Positions 20,801-31,832 of a stretch of DNA of 64,000 bases are shown piece after piece. The DNA is from Eubacteriales bacterium (GTDB lineage: Bacteria > Bacillota > Clostridia > Oscillospirales > CAG-272): contig JAZPYO010000040.1 of NCBI GenBank assembly GCA_045544195.1, positions 15,247 through 79,246 on the forward strand. Reading direction: 5' to 3'. The notes below the pieces were generated by a model. The model was not told where the DNA came from. It searched no databases and saw only the letters and a program-made list of their open reading frames with translations. Numbering within the stretch: the first letter of the stretch is position 1; the number at the start of each line of letters is the position of its first letter. Both the position numbers and the translations under genes were made by a program.

Positions 20801-21459
20801 AGCACAAGGTACTTTTTCGCCTTTTCAGCTTCCTTTTCAAGAGGGCCTACTCTTTGCTCAAGCTCGTTAAGAATGTCAAGCACACGTGCCAGATTGTCCT
20901 CTGTAACGGCGAGCTTCTTCGCGCTCTCGTTTTTGGAGAACTTGTATTTTGATATACCCGCGGCTTCCTCGAAAACGCTTCTGCGTTCCTCGCTTTTTCT
21001 TGACACTATTTCAGCTATTTTACCCTGACCGATTACCGAATATCCGTCCCTGCCTATGCCTGTATTCATAAACAGCTTGTGTATATCCTTAAGTCTGCAC
21101 GGTTTGCCGTTTATAAGGTAGTCGCTGTCACCGCCTCTGAAATATCTGCGTGTGACCGTTACGGTATCGTATTCTATATTCAATCTGCCCTCGGGCGAAG
21201 AATTGTCAAGGCAGAGCGTTACCTGGGCAAATGACCCCGGCTTTCTGCTCTCGCAGCCGCCGAAGATAACATCCTCCATCTTTGTGCCTCTGATGCTTCT
21301 TGACGATACCTCTCCCAAAACCCAGCGCATAGCATCTGCAATATTTGATTTACCGCTTCCGTTAGGGCCGATGATAACGGTTATTCCCTCGTTGAACGAA
21401 AGCGTAGTCTTATCCGGAAAGGATTTAAAGCCCTGAAGCTCGATAGATTTTAAATACAT
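17839..21459 (-). CDS. smc: Chromosome segregation protein SMC
   Basis: GPNGSGKSN, hinge GGSYTGG, LSGGE, LDEIEAALD, long coiled coils. Confidence 0.97.
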   Translation of the reverse strand: MYLKSIELQGFKSFPDKTTLSFNEGITVIIGPNGSGKSNIADAMRWVLGEVSSRSIRGTKMEDVIFGGCESRKPGSFAQVTLCLDNSSPEGRLNIEYDTVTVTRRYFRGGDSDYLINGKPCRLKDIHKLFMNTGIGRDGYSVIGQGKIAEIVSRKSEERRSVFEEAAGISKYKFSKNESAKKLAVTEDNLARVLDILNELEQRVGPLEKEAEKAKKYLVLHGEKKELDIALWLYDMALLTEEIKKLRGSYELYKTELELASTELASLEEKTESIMEKTRENKRLQDIEGEKITALTEKKFQRSGDASVALKELEHIKADTSAAEEIYRAAVSDSQELAQRISEKEQAVREAEEKGVQLSAQRALLAARYEEITRQLEERSAEADECQKKIQDLKDEITDIRIKLSVSDTGDGEDEARAIGLDSEIAQKRQSLEMIQERAERSEKVIKDYEEKYSEAAGEAKAQRELSAQCASKAQALRDKINEIYIDISSKKHRVDNLRRMEELLEGYSHSVRFVVEEYSKGNIKSSDGGMCGEIYGPVSRLIKVEGKYTTAIETALGAAMQNIVVKDDAAAKAAIRHLQKNGAGRATFYPVSTIKPMFLQYTEQELSKNDGYIAVASSLASCDEKFSGVIGNLLGRTVVFENMDKASVFAKKYGYKIRIVTLDGQLINAGGSYTGGSARTDSGMLSRNTQIDTLTKQIHEGKKKQQELQGQLDSVLAQQQKYEINAQNAENSSSIITSLMNAENTQLQVLLAQISTDRSRLHELEDEKKDISARGERRLKEKEENSARLLVLSKELDEKTAHLASVEQQIQDGNASQEEYRKSISSSDISIAENAKVLQLEAGVLKELTERAFSAGQRAKEAQERIAFLKKSYEDHTELALRSGKEAEELDAQIEKSRSVLADLSSQALQLESALNASRNAEKEKAHKKELMFREYTSYESRLLNAEEKREKLSTVLLEDHELTYSQAKEIPLSIQITRENRAENAKHQAELKNKIRALGHVNVNAPEEYKSVKERYDFMTVQTEDLKKAKTELEEIIYKLDEEMKQAFTEAITEINTCFGRVFARLFGGGTAEIRLAEPDNVLESGIDINVAPPGKIIKSLSLLSGGEQSFVAIALYFALLEVNPTPFILLDEIEAALDEVNVDRFADYLTENKKKTQFILISHRRGTMESADRLYGVTMPTKGISKILSVDVDEIEQKIGKLD

Positions 21460-22496
21460 CGGCTGCCCCTCCTTGCATCCGCCACGACCCTTATGCTTAT
21501 TTCAAAAGGCTTCATAGCTTCCTTTTCTGTTATCTTGATTTTATAAAGTCCGTATTTTTCAAGCAAAATACGTTTGTTTTCTTTATTTATTCCCGCTACT
21601 GCCGACGATGCTCCGACTGTGCATTCCACGTTCAGAAATGCACATTTCAGCTCGTCCGACGTGTATTTATCGAGCTTTTCGCACAAAAGCTCCAGATATA
21701 TCGCCCCGTCCACCATAACACCTATTGCAGACTGGTATTCGCCTGCTGCGATATCGCCGTCAGATGAAAGATTATCCTGCGCCTGAAGTCCGAGCCGTAT
21801 AACAGGCACGTTATTCTTCAAAAATACCTTTTTGACTTCCTTTGCTCTGTAAATATTTTCACTTGCATCAACGGGTGTATATTCACCGCTTTCGGTCATT
21901 TTTGCAAGCGCTGTTTCCTTGAAAACGACAAGCGGATATATTCTTGCTCCGTCTGCGTTCATATCGCATATGTCCTGAGCGGTCTTGATTTCGTCGCTCA
22001 GAGCAGAGCGTGGCAGACATATCATCATCTGACCGATCAGCTCAAATCCATGCTCCTTTACAGCCCTCATAGCCTTTAAAGAGCATTCTGCGCTGTGTCC
22101 TCTGCGGCTTGCCGTCAGAACTGTGTCCGATGTGCTTTGTATTCCGAGCTCCACCGTTTTAACACCGTAGCTTTCCAGAATATCAAGTATTTCGCTGTTT
22201 ATGTAATCGGGGCGTGTTGAGCAACGCATTGAATCGACCGCGCCTGCCCTTATATATCCATATCCGATCTTCAACAGCTTTATCATAAGTCCTCGGTCTA
22301 TTCCCGTAAATGAACCGCCGAAAAAGGCTATTTGCGCCTTTCTGCCGTTCAGCGTTGAAAGAGCGGACTCTATTTGCGGAATAACACTGCTTGCATCGAA
22401 TTCATCATGCCCTGTTATTTTACGCTGATTGCAGAATACGCAATCGTTGGGACAGCCGAGATGCGGGATAAATATCGGTATATTTGCGTGCTTCAT
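21450..22496 (-). CDS. Elp3-like radical SAM protein
   Basis: CPNDCVFC, FFGGSFT, STRPD; typical clostridial position between rnc and smc. Confidence 0.88.
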   Translation of the reverse strand: MKHANIPIFIPHLGCPNDCVFCNQRKITGHDEFDASSVIPQIESALSTLNGRKAQIAFFGGSFTGIDRGLMIKLLKIGYGYIRAGAVDSMRCSTRPDYINSEILDILESYGVKTVELGIQSTSDTVLTASRRGHSAECSLKAMRAVKEHGFELIGQMMICLPRSALSDEIKTAQDICDMNADGARIYPLVVFKETALAKMTESGEYTPVDASENIYRAKEVKKVFLKNNVPVIRLGLQAQDNLSSDGDIAAGEYQSAIGVMVDGAIYLELLCEKLDKYTSDELKCAFLNVECTVGASSAVAGINKENKRILLEKYGLYKIKITEKEAMKPFEISIRVVADARRGSRCI

Positions 22497-23203
22497 TCTT
22501 TTATGACACCGAACAGTATAAGGGCGCTTTTCGCCGCCTGCTGCTCTGCTGCGCGCTTTGTCTTTCCCTTGCCCGAGCCCACGGTAGAACCGTCAACAAC
22601 GGCATCGGTATAAAATATCTTATCGTGATGGGGACCTTCCTCGCCTGTAAGAATGTATTCAAGCACAGCTCCCGGCGTTTCCTGAACAAACTGCTGAAGA
22701 AGCGTTTTATAGTCCGTATTCTGCCCGGGCACGATATGCTTTTCGATTTCGGGAATTATCAGCGGATACAGAAAATCCTCTGCGCTTTTTCTTCCCCCAT
22801 CGATGTAAACCGACGCTAAAAACGCTTCAAAGGCATCGGCAACTATTGATCTTTTTTCTCTGCCGTTATTCTGCTCCTCGCCCTTACCCAAACGCAAATG
22901 CGCGCCGAGATCTATCTTATTTGCAAGAACGTACAGACCGTCCTCGCAAATAACTGCCGCTCTTGTACGTGTCAGCTCTCCCTCAGGAAGATCGGGATAC
23001 TTGAAGAACATATATTCACTCACGAGCAGGCTCAGTATTGAGTCTCCGAAAAACTCAAGACGCTCATTACATTCGTTTTTCGTCATTCTGTTTTCGTTGG
23101 CATACGACGAATGTGTCAGAGCCAGCGTAAGATATTCCGTGCTTTTAAACGTATATCCGCTCGTTTTATAAAGATCGTTGAGATCGGCGTTGTATTTGAT
23201 CAT
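22493..23203 (-). CDS. rnc: Ribonuclease III
   Basis: NERLEFFGD signature; C-terminal dsRBD. Confidence 0.96.
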   Translation of the reverse strand: MIKYNADLNDLYKTSGYTFKSTEYLTLALTHSSYANENRMTKNECNERLEFFGDSILSLLVSEYMFFKYPDLPEGELTRTRAAVICEDGLYVLANKIDLGAHLRLGKGEEQNNGREKRSIVADAFEAFLASVYIDGGRKSAEDFLYPLIIPEIEKHIVPGQNTDYKTLLQQFVQETPGAVLEYILTGEEGPHHDKIFYTDAVVDGSTVGSGKGKTKRAAEQQAAKSALILFGVIKE

Positions 23204-23233
23204 TTTTTAAAACCTTTCCTATCGCGCTTGTAT

Positions 23234-24265
23234 TCAGCCTTCCTCGCAGGACTTTTCAAGCCTTTGACGCACCTTTACGTTTTTGGATGCCTTTTCTGCT
23301 ATTATATCTATCAACCCTGAATTATAAAAGCTCTCAGCCTGTAAAATTGCATTTTTTATCGCCTCTCCGTCAGACGAGCCGTGCGCCTTTATGACGGGCT
23401 TTGACAGGCCGATAAACGGTGCTCCGCCGTATTGAGAGGCAGAAAAATCCTTTTTCATTTTTTTCAGCTCGCTCTTTACCATAAGATACGCCAATTTTGA
23501 CGCAATACCGCTTGTGAATACACCCTTGAGTCTGTCCATAAAGAACGATGCAAGCCCCTCTGTGTATTTCAGAACGATATTTCCCGTAAAGCCGTCTGTC
23601 ACAAGAACATCGCACACTCCAAACGGAACATCCTTCCCCTCTACGTTGCCTATGAAATCTATATCCTCGCAGCCTTTAAGAGCAGCGTGCATTTCGAGCG
23701 CTGACAAAGTGCCCTTATGCTCCTCGCTTCCGTTGTTAAGAACGCCGACCTTGGGAGAGTTGACATTCAGAATGTGCTTTGCGTACAGTGAGCCCATAAT
23801 TGCAAACTGCTCGGCAAACTCGCCGCTTACCGACAGGTTTGCGCCCGAATCAAGCAAAAGTAACGGCTTTTGAAGCGGCAATACGGTGGCGATAGCCGCC
23901 CGTCTTATCCCCTTTATCGGCTTTATAATATACGTCGCCGATGCAAAAAGCGCGCCTGTACTGCCTGCGCCTACATATGCGTCGGCATTACCTTCCGCAA
24001 CGTAACGCAAGCCCTTTGCCATTGAACTGTTCTTTTTTTCACGCACTGCACTGCGCGGGTTATCCTCCATTGTGATGACCTGCTCACAGTGAAGTATTTC
24101 AAAATCGGATGCATCGGCATCGCATTTTTGCAATGCCTCTTTGATCATGCTTTCGTCGCCCGCTATGATTATTTTTGACGACGTCTTACCGTATGCCTGA
24201 GCTACGCCCCTGATAAGCTCCTCGGGAGCTTTATCCGCCCCCATAACATCAATCAGTATTCTCAT
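23234..24265 (-). CDS. plsX: Phosphate acyltransferase
   Basis: DVMGAD, LDSGAN, DGFTGN, KAHGSS. Confidence 0.95.
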   Translation of the reverse strand: MRILIDVMGADKAPEELIRGVAQAYGKTSSKIIIAGDESMIKEALQKCDADASDFEILHCEQVITMEDNPRSAVREKKNSSMAKGLRYVAEGNADAYVGAGSTGALFASATYIIKPIKGIRRAAIATVLPLQKPLLLLDSGANLSVSGEFAEQFAIMGSLYAKHILNVNSPKVGVLNNGSEEHKGTLSALEMHAALKGCEDIDFIGNVEGKDVPFGVCDVLVTDGFTGNIVLKYTEGLASFFMDRLKGVFTSGIASKLAYLMVKSELKKMKKDFSASQYGGAPFIGLSKPVIKAHGSSDGEAIKNAILQAESFYNSGLIDIIAEKASKNVKVRQRLEKSCEEG

Positions 24266-25572
24266 ATGCTGTCTTTAACTCCGTCAATATATTCAAGTGC
24301 TCTGTCAGCATAGTAATCGTATCTGCCTCGTTTACCGCCTCTGACCTTTATGCTCGGCGGAGCTATCAAGCCGAAATTGGCATTCATCGGCTGAAAATCC
24401 GTTCCGTTGTATTCAGATATATATTTTGCCATGCTTCCTATAACGCACACATCATCAAGTATTACAAACGGCTCATCTTTAGCCATTTGTGCGGCATTTA
24501 TTCCGCAGATGAGTCCCGATGCGGCAGACTCAACGTATCCCTCAACGCCCGTTATCTGCCCTGCGAAGAAAACACCCGGCATTTTTTTGAGCATATACGT
24601 TCTGTCCAGCAGCGACGGAGAGTTGATATACGTATTGCGATGCATTACTCCGTATCTGAGGAACTCGGCGTTTTCAAGCCCCGGGATCATTCCGAATACG
24701 CGCTTTTGCTCGCCAAACGTGAGATGAGTCTGAAATCCCACAAGATTATACATCGTCTTTTCAAGATTTTCCGCTCTGAGCTGAACAACAGCATACGGCT
24801 CCTTACCCGTTTTGGGATCAACAAGTCCGACAGGCTTCATAGGGCCGAAAAGGAGCGTATCCTCACCGCGCTTTGCCATTACCTCAACGGGCATACATCC
24901 CTCAAACACCTTCGGGTCGCTGTCACATCCGTGCAAATGCGCACCCTCGGCATTGATGAGAGCATCGTAAAACACTGCGTATTCTTCCTTTGTCATAGGA
25001 CAGTTCAGGTATGCCGCTTCACCCTTGTCATATCGGGATTGCTCAAACACCTTACTGCGATCTATGCTGTCTGATGAAACGATCGGCGCGGCGGCATCGT
25101 AAAAATGAAGACCGTCACCGCATATCTGTCCTATTTTTTCACTGAGCGCATCGCTCGTTAAAGGACCTGTTGCAATTACCGTAATACCGCCGTTTTCGAT
25201 CTGCCTTACCTCTTGGCTGATAACGCTGATATTCGGATGATTTCTGATCTTTTCGGTGATATATGCGGAAAATTTTTCTCTGTCAACCGCAAGCGATGAT
25301 CCCGCAGGAACACTTGTAGCATCTGCCGCCTCCATAACGAGCGAGCCGAGACGCCTCATTTCCTCCTTAAGTAATCCTACTGCATTGAATATCTGCATGG
25401 AACGCAGGGAATTTGAGCATACAAGCTCTGCAAAGCCGTCGCTTTTATGCGCAGGCGATCTTTTCTGCGGCTTCATTTCATACAGCTTGACCCGAACGCC
25501 CCTACGGGCTATCATATAAGCCGCCTCACAGCCCGCAAGACCTGCGCCTATTACCTTTACTTCACCTGTCAT
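24262..25572 (-). CDS. trmFO: Folate/FAD-dependent tRNA m5U54 methyltransferase
   Basis: [28 protein letters not shown]. Start set at MTGEVKV. Confidence 0.95.
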   Translation of the reverse strand: MTGEVKVIGAGLAGCEAAYMIARRGVRVKLYEMKPQKRSPAHKSDGFAELVCSNSLRSMQIFNAVGLLKEEMRRLGSLVMEAADATSVPAGSSLAVDREKFSAYITEKIRNHPNISVISQEVRQIENGGITVIATGPLTSDALSEKIGQICGDGLHFYDAAAPIVSSDSIDRSKVFEQSRYDKGEAAYLNCPMTKEEYAVFYDALINAEGAHLHGCDSDPKVFEGCMPVEVMAKRGEDTLLFGPMKPVGLVDPKTGKEPYAVVQLRAENLEKTMYNLVGFQTHLTFGEQKRVFGMIPGLENAEFLRYGVMHRNTYINSPSLLDRTYMLKKMPGVFFAGQITGVEGYVESAASGLICGINAAQMAKDEPFVILDDVCVIGSMAKYISEYNGTDFQPMNANFGLIAPPSIKVRGGKRGRYDYYADRALEYIDGVKDSI

Positions 25573-25573
25573 A

Positions 25574-27793
25574 TCAGTTGCACTTTTCGTTAAGGCAAAC
25601 ATTTTCGCCCGATTTATTTGTGAACATTACCCCTCCGCACTTGGGGCATTTTTCCTTAGACGGAGCATTTGATGTCGAAAAATCGCATTTAGGGGCATTT
25701 GCACACGCATAATAATCGCCTCGTCTGCCGTTTTTCTTTTTGACTATATTTCCTCCGCACTTGGGGCAGGCTGCTCCCGTAGGCTCTGCCTTTTGCAGAG
25801 TATTGCGGCACTTGGGGAATTTTTCGCATGCGTAAAACTCGCCGTACGGTCCTGTACGAAGCACCATTGCAGCGCCGCATTTATCGCATATCATATCCGT
25901 TTTTACAGGCGGTGTTTTTTCCTTTTCGGGTACTACGTTTCCGTTTTTGTCTATTCTTCGTGTATTTTTACATGCGGGATAATTGGGACAAGCTGCAAAA
26001 TCACCGAAGCGTCCCGTCTTGATAACCATCTTTGCACCGCATTTGTCGCACGTTATATCGGTGGTCTCGTCCTCAAATTTATATTTTTTGCCCTTTACTG
26101 TCTTTTCGGCATTTTCCAGCGTTACGCTGAAATCCTTCCAGAAATCACTGAGAACTGCCTGCATTGTGGACTTTCCGTGAGCGATACCGTCAAGAGAGTC
26201 CTCCATATTTGCGGTGAATTTATAATCGACTATATTTGAGAAAAAGTCGGTCATAAGCTGAGTTGTCACCTCACCGAGAGAGGTTGGCATAAGTGACTTG
26301 CCCGAACGCTTTACATAGTTTCTTCCAACTATCGTAGTAATGATGGGGGTAAACGTACTCGGTCTGCCTATCCCCATTTCTTCAAGCTGCTTTATAAGCG
26401 TCGCTTCGGTAAATCTTGAAGGCGGCTCTGTGAAGTGCTGCTTTTTGATAAGGTCCTTCAGCGACAGAATATCACCCTCTGACACAGCGGGGAGCTTTAC
26501 TCCTCTTTCCTCATCAACGCTGTCCTCGGTTTCCTCGTATACAGCCATATAGCCCTTGAATTTAACGGTATATCCGCTTGCTCTGTAATTGTATATACCT
26601 GCCGATATATCAAGCGTCACTGTATCAAGCTCCGCTGACGACATCTGGCTTGAAACAAATCTGTCCCATATCAGCTTATACAGCTTATATTGATCTGAAG
26701 AGAGCTTATCCTTTATAAGTGCGGGAGGGAAATCGAGCGATGACGGTCTTATCGCCTCGTGTGCATCCTGCGCGCCCGATTTTGCCTTGAATACTCTTGC
26801 CTTTGACGGCAGATACTTCTTGCCGTATTCTGCGGAAATATATCCTCTGAGGTTTTCAAGAGCCTGATCCGATATGCGAAGCGAATCCGTTCTCATATAT
26901 GTGATTATACCCTGTGTTCCCCCAAGCTCTGCTCCGAGATTTATACCCTCGTAAAGCTCCTGTGCCACCTTCATCGTTTTTTGCGAACGGAAATTGAGCT
27001 TTTTTGACGCCTCCTGCTGAAGCGTTGACGTTATAAACGGGGGCTGGGGATTTTTATATTTAAGACTTTTTTTAACGGACGTTACACGGAATTGCTCCTT
27101 TTTGCTTCCTTCCTCCGCCGCCTGTGCCTCCTCAGCATTGGTTATTTCGGTCTTCGTGCCGTTTATGCCGAAAAATCTTGCAATAAAGCATTCATTTTTT
27201 TCCGTTTCAAGCTCCGCCTGCAACGACCAGTATTCCTTTGGAACGAATGCTCTGATCTCGTTTTCTCTGTCAACGATTATCTTTGTTGCAACCGACTGAA
27301 CTCTTCCTGCGGAAAGACCGCTTTTTACAGTATGCCACAAAAACGGACTGAGCTTGTAGCCCACTATTCTGTCAAGTATTCTGCGTGCCTGCTGAGAGTC
27401 AACAAGATCCATATCTATCTTTCGGGGGTGGTCTATGGCATAACGCACAGCGTCCTTTGTAAGCTCGTTATACGTTACTCTGCTCGTCTTTGCCTCGTCA
27501 CATTCAAGCGCCGTTGCAAGATGCCAGGCGATAGCCTCTCCCTCACGGTCAGGGTCCGTTGCGAGAAATATCTCATCTGCCTGCATCACTTCTTTTTTAA
27601 GCGAATTAATAAGCTCGCTTTTGCTTCTGATATTAACGTATTTCGCCTTGAAGCCGTTTTCTATATCAACACCGAGTGAGCTTTTGGGCAGATCCTTTAC
27701 ATGACCCACAGATGCTACGACCTTATACCCCTGTCCAAGATATCCCTTGATCGTTCCCGCCTTACCGGGTGACTCGATAATAACAAGTTTCAT
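25574..27793 (-). CDS. topA: DNA topoisomerase I with C-terminal Zn ribbons
   Basis: [26 protein letters not shown]; CxxC repeats. Confidence 0.97.
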   Translation of the reverse strand: MKLVIIESPGKAGTIKGYLGQGYKVVASVGHVKDLPKSSLGVDIENGFKAKYVNIRSKSELINSLKKEVMQADEIFLATDPDREGEAIAWHLATALECDEAKTSRVTYNELTKDAVRYAIDHPRKIDMDLVDSQQARRILDRIVGYKLSPFLWHTVKSGLSAGRVQSVATKIIVDRENEIRAFVPKEYWSLQAELETEKNECFIARFFGINGTKTEITNAEEAQAAEEGSKKEQFRVTSVKKSLKYKNPQPPFITSTLQQEASKKLNFRSQKTMKVAQELYEGINLGAELGGTQGIITYMRTDSLRISDQALENLRGYISAEYGKKYLPSKARVFKAKSGAQDAHEAIRPSSLDFPPALIKDKLSSDQYKLYKLIWDRFVSSQMSSAELDTVTLDISAGIYNYRASGYTVKFKGYMAVYEETEDSVDEERGVKLPAVSEGDILSLKDLIKKQHFTEPPSRFTEATLIKQLEEMGIGRPSTFTPIITTIVGRNYVKRSGKSLMPTSLGEVTTQLMTDFFSNIVDYKFTANMEDSLDGIAHGKSTMQAVLSDFWKDFSVTLENAEKTVKGKKYKFEDETTDITCDKCGAKMVIKTGRFGDFAACPNYPACKNTRRIDKNGNVVPEKEKTPPVKTDMICDKCGAAMVLRTGPYGEFYACEKFPKCRNTLQKAEPTGAACPKCGGNIVKKKNGRRGDYYACANAPKCDFSTSNAPSKEKCPKCGGVMFTNKSGENVCLNEKCN

Positions 27794-29020
27794 TTAATCT
27801 CCTTTTTCGTCCGTTTTTACGGATGTTTCTTCGTTTATTGTATAAAGACCGCCGGGTACGGCTGAAAGGTAGCCTGCTATTTCAAGCTCAGCCAATCCTA
27901 TCAGAACATCACCGAGGGTTCTTGTTTTCGTTACAAATTCATCTGCGGTAACGGGACCTGAACGCAATATACGCTCGTAAAACTCCCTTTGATCGCCCTG
28001 CAATTCATCAGCGCGGCTCACATTGACAGGGATCGCCCCGAACTTACCGTTGTTTCTTCCGTATTCAAAATATCGTTGCTCCTTTGTAAGAAGCTGTGGC
28101 GGAATAAAGTATTTCACCTTTGACACTCTGTTCACGCTTATCCGATCGGGATACATAAATTCAAATTCTCCCAGAAGATCGTATCCGTCCACAACTGCTG
28201 TAACGCCCTCTTTTATCAGGGAATTGTTTCCCTCTGAGGCAGGATCAACGGGTGATCCAGGCACAGAAAACACCTTCTTTTTCTGTTCGAATGCGTGGTT
28301 TACCGTAATAAGCGCTCCGCTTCCGATCGGCGCTTCTATAACTGTGACAGCGTGCGATATTGCACTCATCAATCTGTTTCTTATCGGAAAATTCGACGCC
28401 TTTGGCTCTTCTCCGGGCAGAAATTCCGTAATTACCGCACCGTTTGCGGTGATCTCATCAAATAAAAGTGCGTTTTCGGGCGGATATACGACATCAATAC
28501 CGCAGCCGAGAACGGCAACGGTCTTTCCGCCTGCATCTATCGCACCCTTGTGGCATATGGAATCTATCCCCCGCGCAAAGCCGCTGACAACTACCGCGCC
28601 GCCTGCCGCTGCCTGAAACGCCATTCGTCTTGCGGCAAGCGCACCGTCCTTGCTCATAGCTCTTGTGCCGACAAGCGTAAGAAAAATGCTCGTATCGCTT
28701 TTTGGAAGCGTTCCCTTACAAAACAGCACGCACGGGCTTGTCGGTATATCATAAAGTCCCGCAGGATAGTCCTCATCGCCGTATGAGATGATCCTGATGT
28801 TTTTATTTGTACAAAACTCGCATATTTTCGCCGCATAAGACATTGATTTTCCCATAACGGCAGAGATCTCGTTTACACGAAAGCCTTCGTTGATATAATC
28901 AGTCTTATCGGCGTGATATACATTTTCAGCAGAGCCGAATGCTTCCAAAAGCCGTTTAGGCATATTGCTGCCCGCTGAATACTTGCACGCCAGCCACACA
29001 CTGTGTAAAATGCTGCTCAT
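27794..29020 (-). CDS. dprA: DNA-processing protein
   Basis: VGTR, SGFARGID, FPIRNR; dprA-topA synteny. Confidence 0.95.
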   Translation of the reverse strand: MSSILHSVWLACKYSAGSNMPKRLLEAFGSAENVYHADKTDYINEGFRVNEISAVMGKSMSYAAKICEFCTNKNIRIISYGDEDYPAGLYDIPTSPCVLFCKGTLPKSDTSIFLTLVGTRAMSKDGALAARRMAFQAAAGGAVVVSGFARGIDSICHKGAIDAGGKTVAVLGCGIDVVYPPENALLFDEITANGAVITEFLPGEEPKASNFPIRNRLMSAISHAVTVIEAPIGSGALITVNHAFEQKKKVFSVPGSPVDPASEGNNSLIKEGVTAVVDGYDLLGEFEFMYPDRISVNRVSKVKYFIPPQLLTKEQRYFEYGRNNGKFGAIPVNVSRADELQGDQREFYERILRSGPVTADEFVTKTRTLGDVLIGLAELEIAGYLSAVPGGLYTINEETSVKTDEKGD

Positions 29021-29030
29021 CTGTTTGTCC

Positions 29031-29852
29031 TCAACGGAATTTCTTGCTCATCTCCCACATTATGACCGATGATGCCACAGATGCATTCAGGGATTCTGAA
29101 TCGGGGCTTATCGGAATGATCACAGAGCCTGAGCAAAGCTCTATTATATCATCAGGCAAGCCGTTTGCTTCATTACCGATAACAAACGCCGTTTTCTCAT
29201 TTACAGACACGTTGCAAAGCTCTATACTTTTTCTGTGCAGAGCGGTAGCGTAAACGTTAAATCCGTTTTCTCTTAATTGACGCACCGTGCTGCGTGTATC
29301 GGCGATCATTATATTCTGTGAAAACGATGCCCCCATAGCTCCCCTTTGAACCTTAGGTGAATATATGTCTGCGCAGTCGGGCGAAGCTATGATAAGCCCT
29401 GTCCCGAATGCGTATGCAGAACGTATCACCGTGCCCATATTTCCGGGATCTCTCATACTGTCGAGTATGATAATACCGCCTTTTATCCCGTGACATAATG
29501 TATTATTATATATTTTATCTATTTTTTCGGATTTGTCAATACACCCAAATGTGCAGAGTATTCCCTCCGGCGCTTCTTCGCCGCTGATTTTACGCATAAT
29601 TTCATTATTTGTTACGATAATTTCAGCGTTTTTGCCAATTATATCTGTTACAGTAGCAAAATATTCTCTGTTTTTGTTTAAAAACTCTTCGGTTGTAAAA
29701 ATTTTTCTTGCAGCCATTTTCCGAAGCGAAGCCTCATGCACGAGCTTTTTACCGCAAACCGAAAATTCGCCGAACAGCTCTCGGTATTTTTTTTGAAGGA
29801 GCTTTGATGTATAGACGACTCTCTGGTTATTTTTTGCCGTTATATATTCCAT
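29031..29852 (-). CDS. TrmH/SpoU family RNA methyltransferase
   Basis: DPGNMGTVIRSA, GNEANG, SESLNASVA. Confidence 0.92.
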   Translation of the reverse strand: MEYITAKNNQRVVYTSKLLQKKYRELFGEFSVCGKKLVHEASLRKMAARKIFTTEEFLNKNREYFATVTDIIGKNAEIIVTNNEIMRKISGEEAPEGILCTFGCIDKSEKIDKIYNNTLCHGIKGGIIILDSMRDPGNMGTVIRSAYAFGTGLIIASPDCADIYSPKVQRGAMGASFSQNIMIADTRSTVRQLRENGFNVYATALHRKSIELCNVSVNEKTAFVIGNEANGLPDDIIELCSGSVIIPISPDSESLNASVASSVIMWEMSKKFR

Positions 29853-30123
29853 ATTTTGTACCACTCTTTGCAAATGATATTAAAGAATAAGTATTACAAT
29901 ACCACAGGGAATGTTTTTTTTCAAGGCTATAATTTTTTTTTACAATTTGTGCAAAAATATTTTACCCGATCAATTATTTATAGAGTATATTTTTCTTCTC
30001 TTAAGCGAAATATAATGTAAAAAAACGAAAAAACAGTTGACTTTTTGTTTGCACTATGATACGATGTATATTTGAATAATTATATTAATTTTACAATCAG
30101 ATATTGTTATAAGGAGATAATCT

Positions 30124-31707
30124 ATGATCTCAACCACAAACGTTTCATTACAGTACGGCGGCAGAGTGCTTTTTTCAGGCGCTGACCTTGTATTCACCAA
30201 GGGCAACTGCTACGGTATAATCGGTGCTAACGGAGCAGGAAAATCAACATTTTTGAAAATTTTATCAGGCGAGGTCGAGCCGTCAAGCGGCACAGTAAGC
30301 GTGACTCCCGGCGAACGCATCTCGATATTACAGCAGGATCACTTCAAATATGACCAATACAGTGTTATACGAACGGTGCTTATGGGCAATCCTGAGCTTT
30401 GTGCTATTGCCGACGAAAAGGAAGCCCTTTACTGCAAGGAAGAGATGACCGATGAGGAGGGTATGCGCTTATGTGAGCTTGAGACCCGTTATGCAGAGCT
30501 TGACGGATATTCAGCAGAAAGCGATGCTGAGATACTTCTCAACGGTCTTGGTATCCCGAACGATCTTCATTATGCGCAAATGAGCGATCTGAGCGGTGAC
30601 CAGAAGGTAAAGATACTTCTTGCGCAGGCGCTTTTCGGAAACCCCGATATTCTTCTGATGGATGAGCCTACAAACCATCTCGATCTGAAAACGATCGCAT
30701 GGCTTGAGGAATTTCTTATCGATCTTCACAGCGTTGTTATCGTTGTATCGCACGACCGTCATTTCTTAAATAACGTTTGTACGCATACAGTCGATGTTGA
30801 CTTCGGAAAGATAACAATGACTGTCGGCGGATACGATTTCTGGTATGAATACACACAGATACGTCAGCGTCAGATGAAGGAGCAGAACAAAAAAGCAGAG
30901 CAAAAGGCGGCAGAGCTTAAGGAATTTATCGCAAGATTCTCTGCAAACGCTTCAAAATCAAAGCAGGCAACAAGCCGCAAAAAGCTCTTAGACAGTCTTG
31001 ATTTTGCTGAAATGCCCGTTTCATCAAGAAGATTTCCGTATGTTGCCTTCAAGCCCGACAGAGAGGCAGGAAAGGATATGCTCACAGTTGAAGGCATAAC
31101 TGCGACAGTAGGCGGCAACAAGGTATTGGACAATGTCAGTTTTACCCTGCGTCCGTGTGAAAAGGTTGCCTTCGTCGGCGATCCCGTTTCTGTAACGACG
31201 CTTTTCAAGATAATAAGCGGCGTGCTTGAGAGTGAAAGCGGAACGTACAAATGGGGTGTTACAACATCTCAGGCGTATATGCCGTCTGATAACTCGGAAT
31301 TTTTCGACGGACACAAGGAGAGCATTATCGATTGGATCAGAAGCTGCAGCAATCTGACATACGAGGCAGATATACGAAGCTGGCTTGGCAGAATGCTCTT
31401 TTCAGGTGATGAAGCTGCAAAAAGCGTTGGAGTTCTCTCAGGCGGTGAGCGTGTGCGCTGTATGCTTTGCAAAATGATGCTTTCAGGAGCAAACGTTCTC
31501 ATATTTGACGAGCCTACGAACCATCTCGACCTGGAATCTATCGCAGCGCTCAATGACGGGCTTATAAAATTCCCTCAGACCATCCTCTTTTCATCGCATG
31601 ACCACCAATTTGTTCAAACGATCGCAAACAGAATAATCAACGTAACACCCGGACAGTTTTACGATAAAGTTACAACATACGACGAGTATGCTGAAGAAAG
31701 ATTATAA
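30124..31707 (+). CDS. ABC-F translation-related ATPase (YbiT/YkpA-like)
   Basis: Two NBDs (GANGAGKST, DEPTNHLD twice, LSGGE), ARFSANASKSKQATSRKK linker, no TM segments. Confidence 0.92.
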   Translation: MISTTNVSLQYGGRVLFSGADLVFTKGNCYGIIGANGAGKSTFLKILSGEVEPSSGTVSVTPGERISILQQDHFKYDQYSVIRTVLMGNPELCAIADEKEALYCKEEMTDEEGMRLCELETRYAELDGYSAESDAEILLNGLGIPNDLHYAQMSDLSGDQKVKILLAQALFGNPDILLMDEPTNHLDLKTIAWLEEFLIDLHSVVIVVSHDRHFLNNVCTHTVDVDFGKITMTVGGYDFWYEYTQIRQRQMKEQNKKAEQKAAELKEFIARFSANASKSKQATSRKKLLDSLDFAEMPVSSRRFPYVAFKPDREAGKDMLTVEGITATVGGNKVLDNVSFTLRPCEKVAFVGDPVSVTTLFKIISGVLESESGTYKWGVTTSQAYMPSDNSEFFDGHKESIIDWIRSCSNLTYEADIRSWLGRMLFSGDEAAKSVGVLSGGERVRCMLCKMMLSGANVLIFDEPTNHLDLESIAALNDGLIKFPQTILFSSHDHQFVQTIANRIINVTPGQFYDKVTTYDEYAEERL

Positions 31708-31832
31708 TCGAAACCAATATCCATAATATTACTTTTTTTCGTCAAAAGTATTGACTATTGAGCGTTTTTGTGTTATAAATATTATGTATGCATCTGGTTT
31801 TTGGACACACTTATTTACATTAGGAGTTAAGA

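Noticed and set aside
30124-31707. ABC-F as an antibiotic-resistance (ARE) factor
   Set aside because: The linker and overall sequence fit the housekeeping YbiT/YkpA type; no leader attenuator or mobile context.
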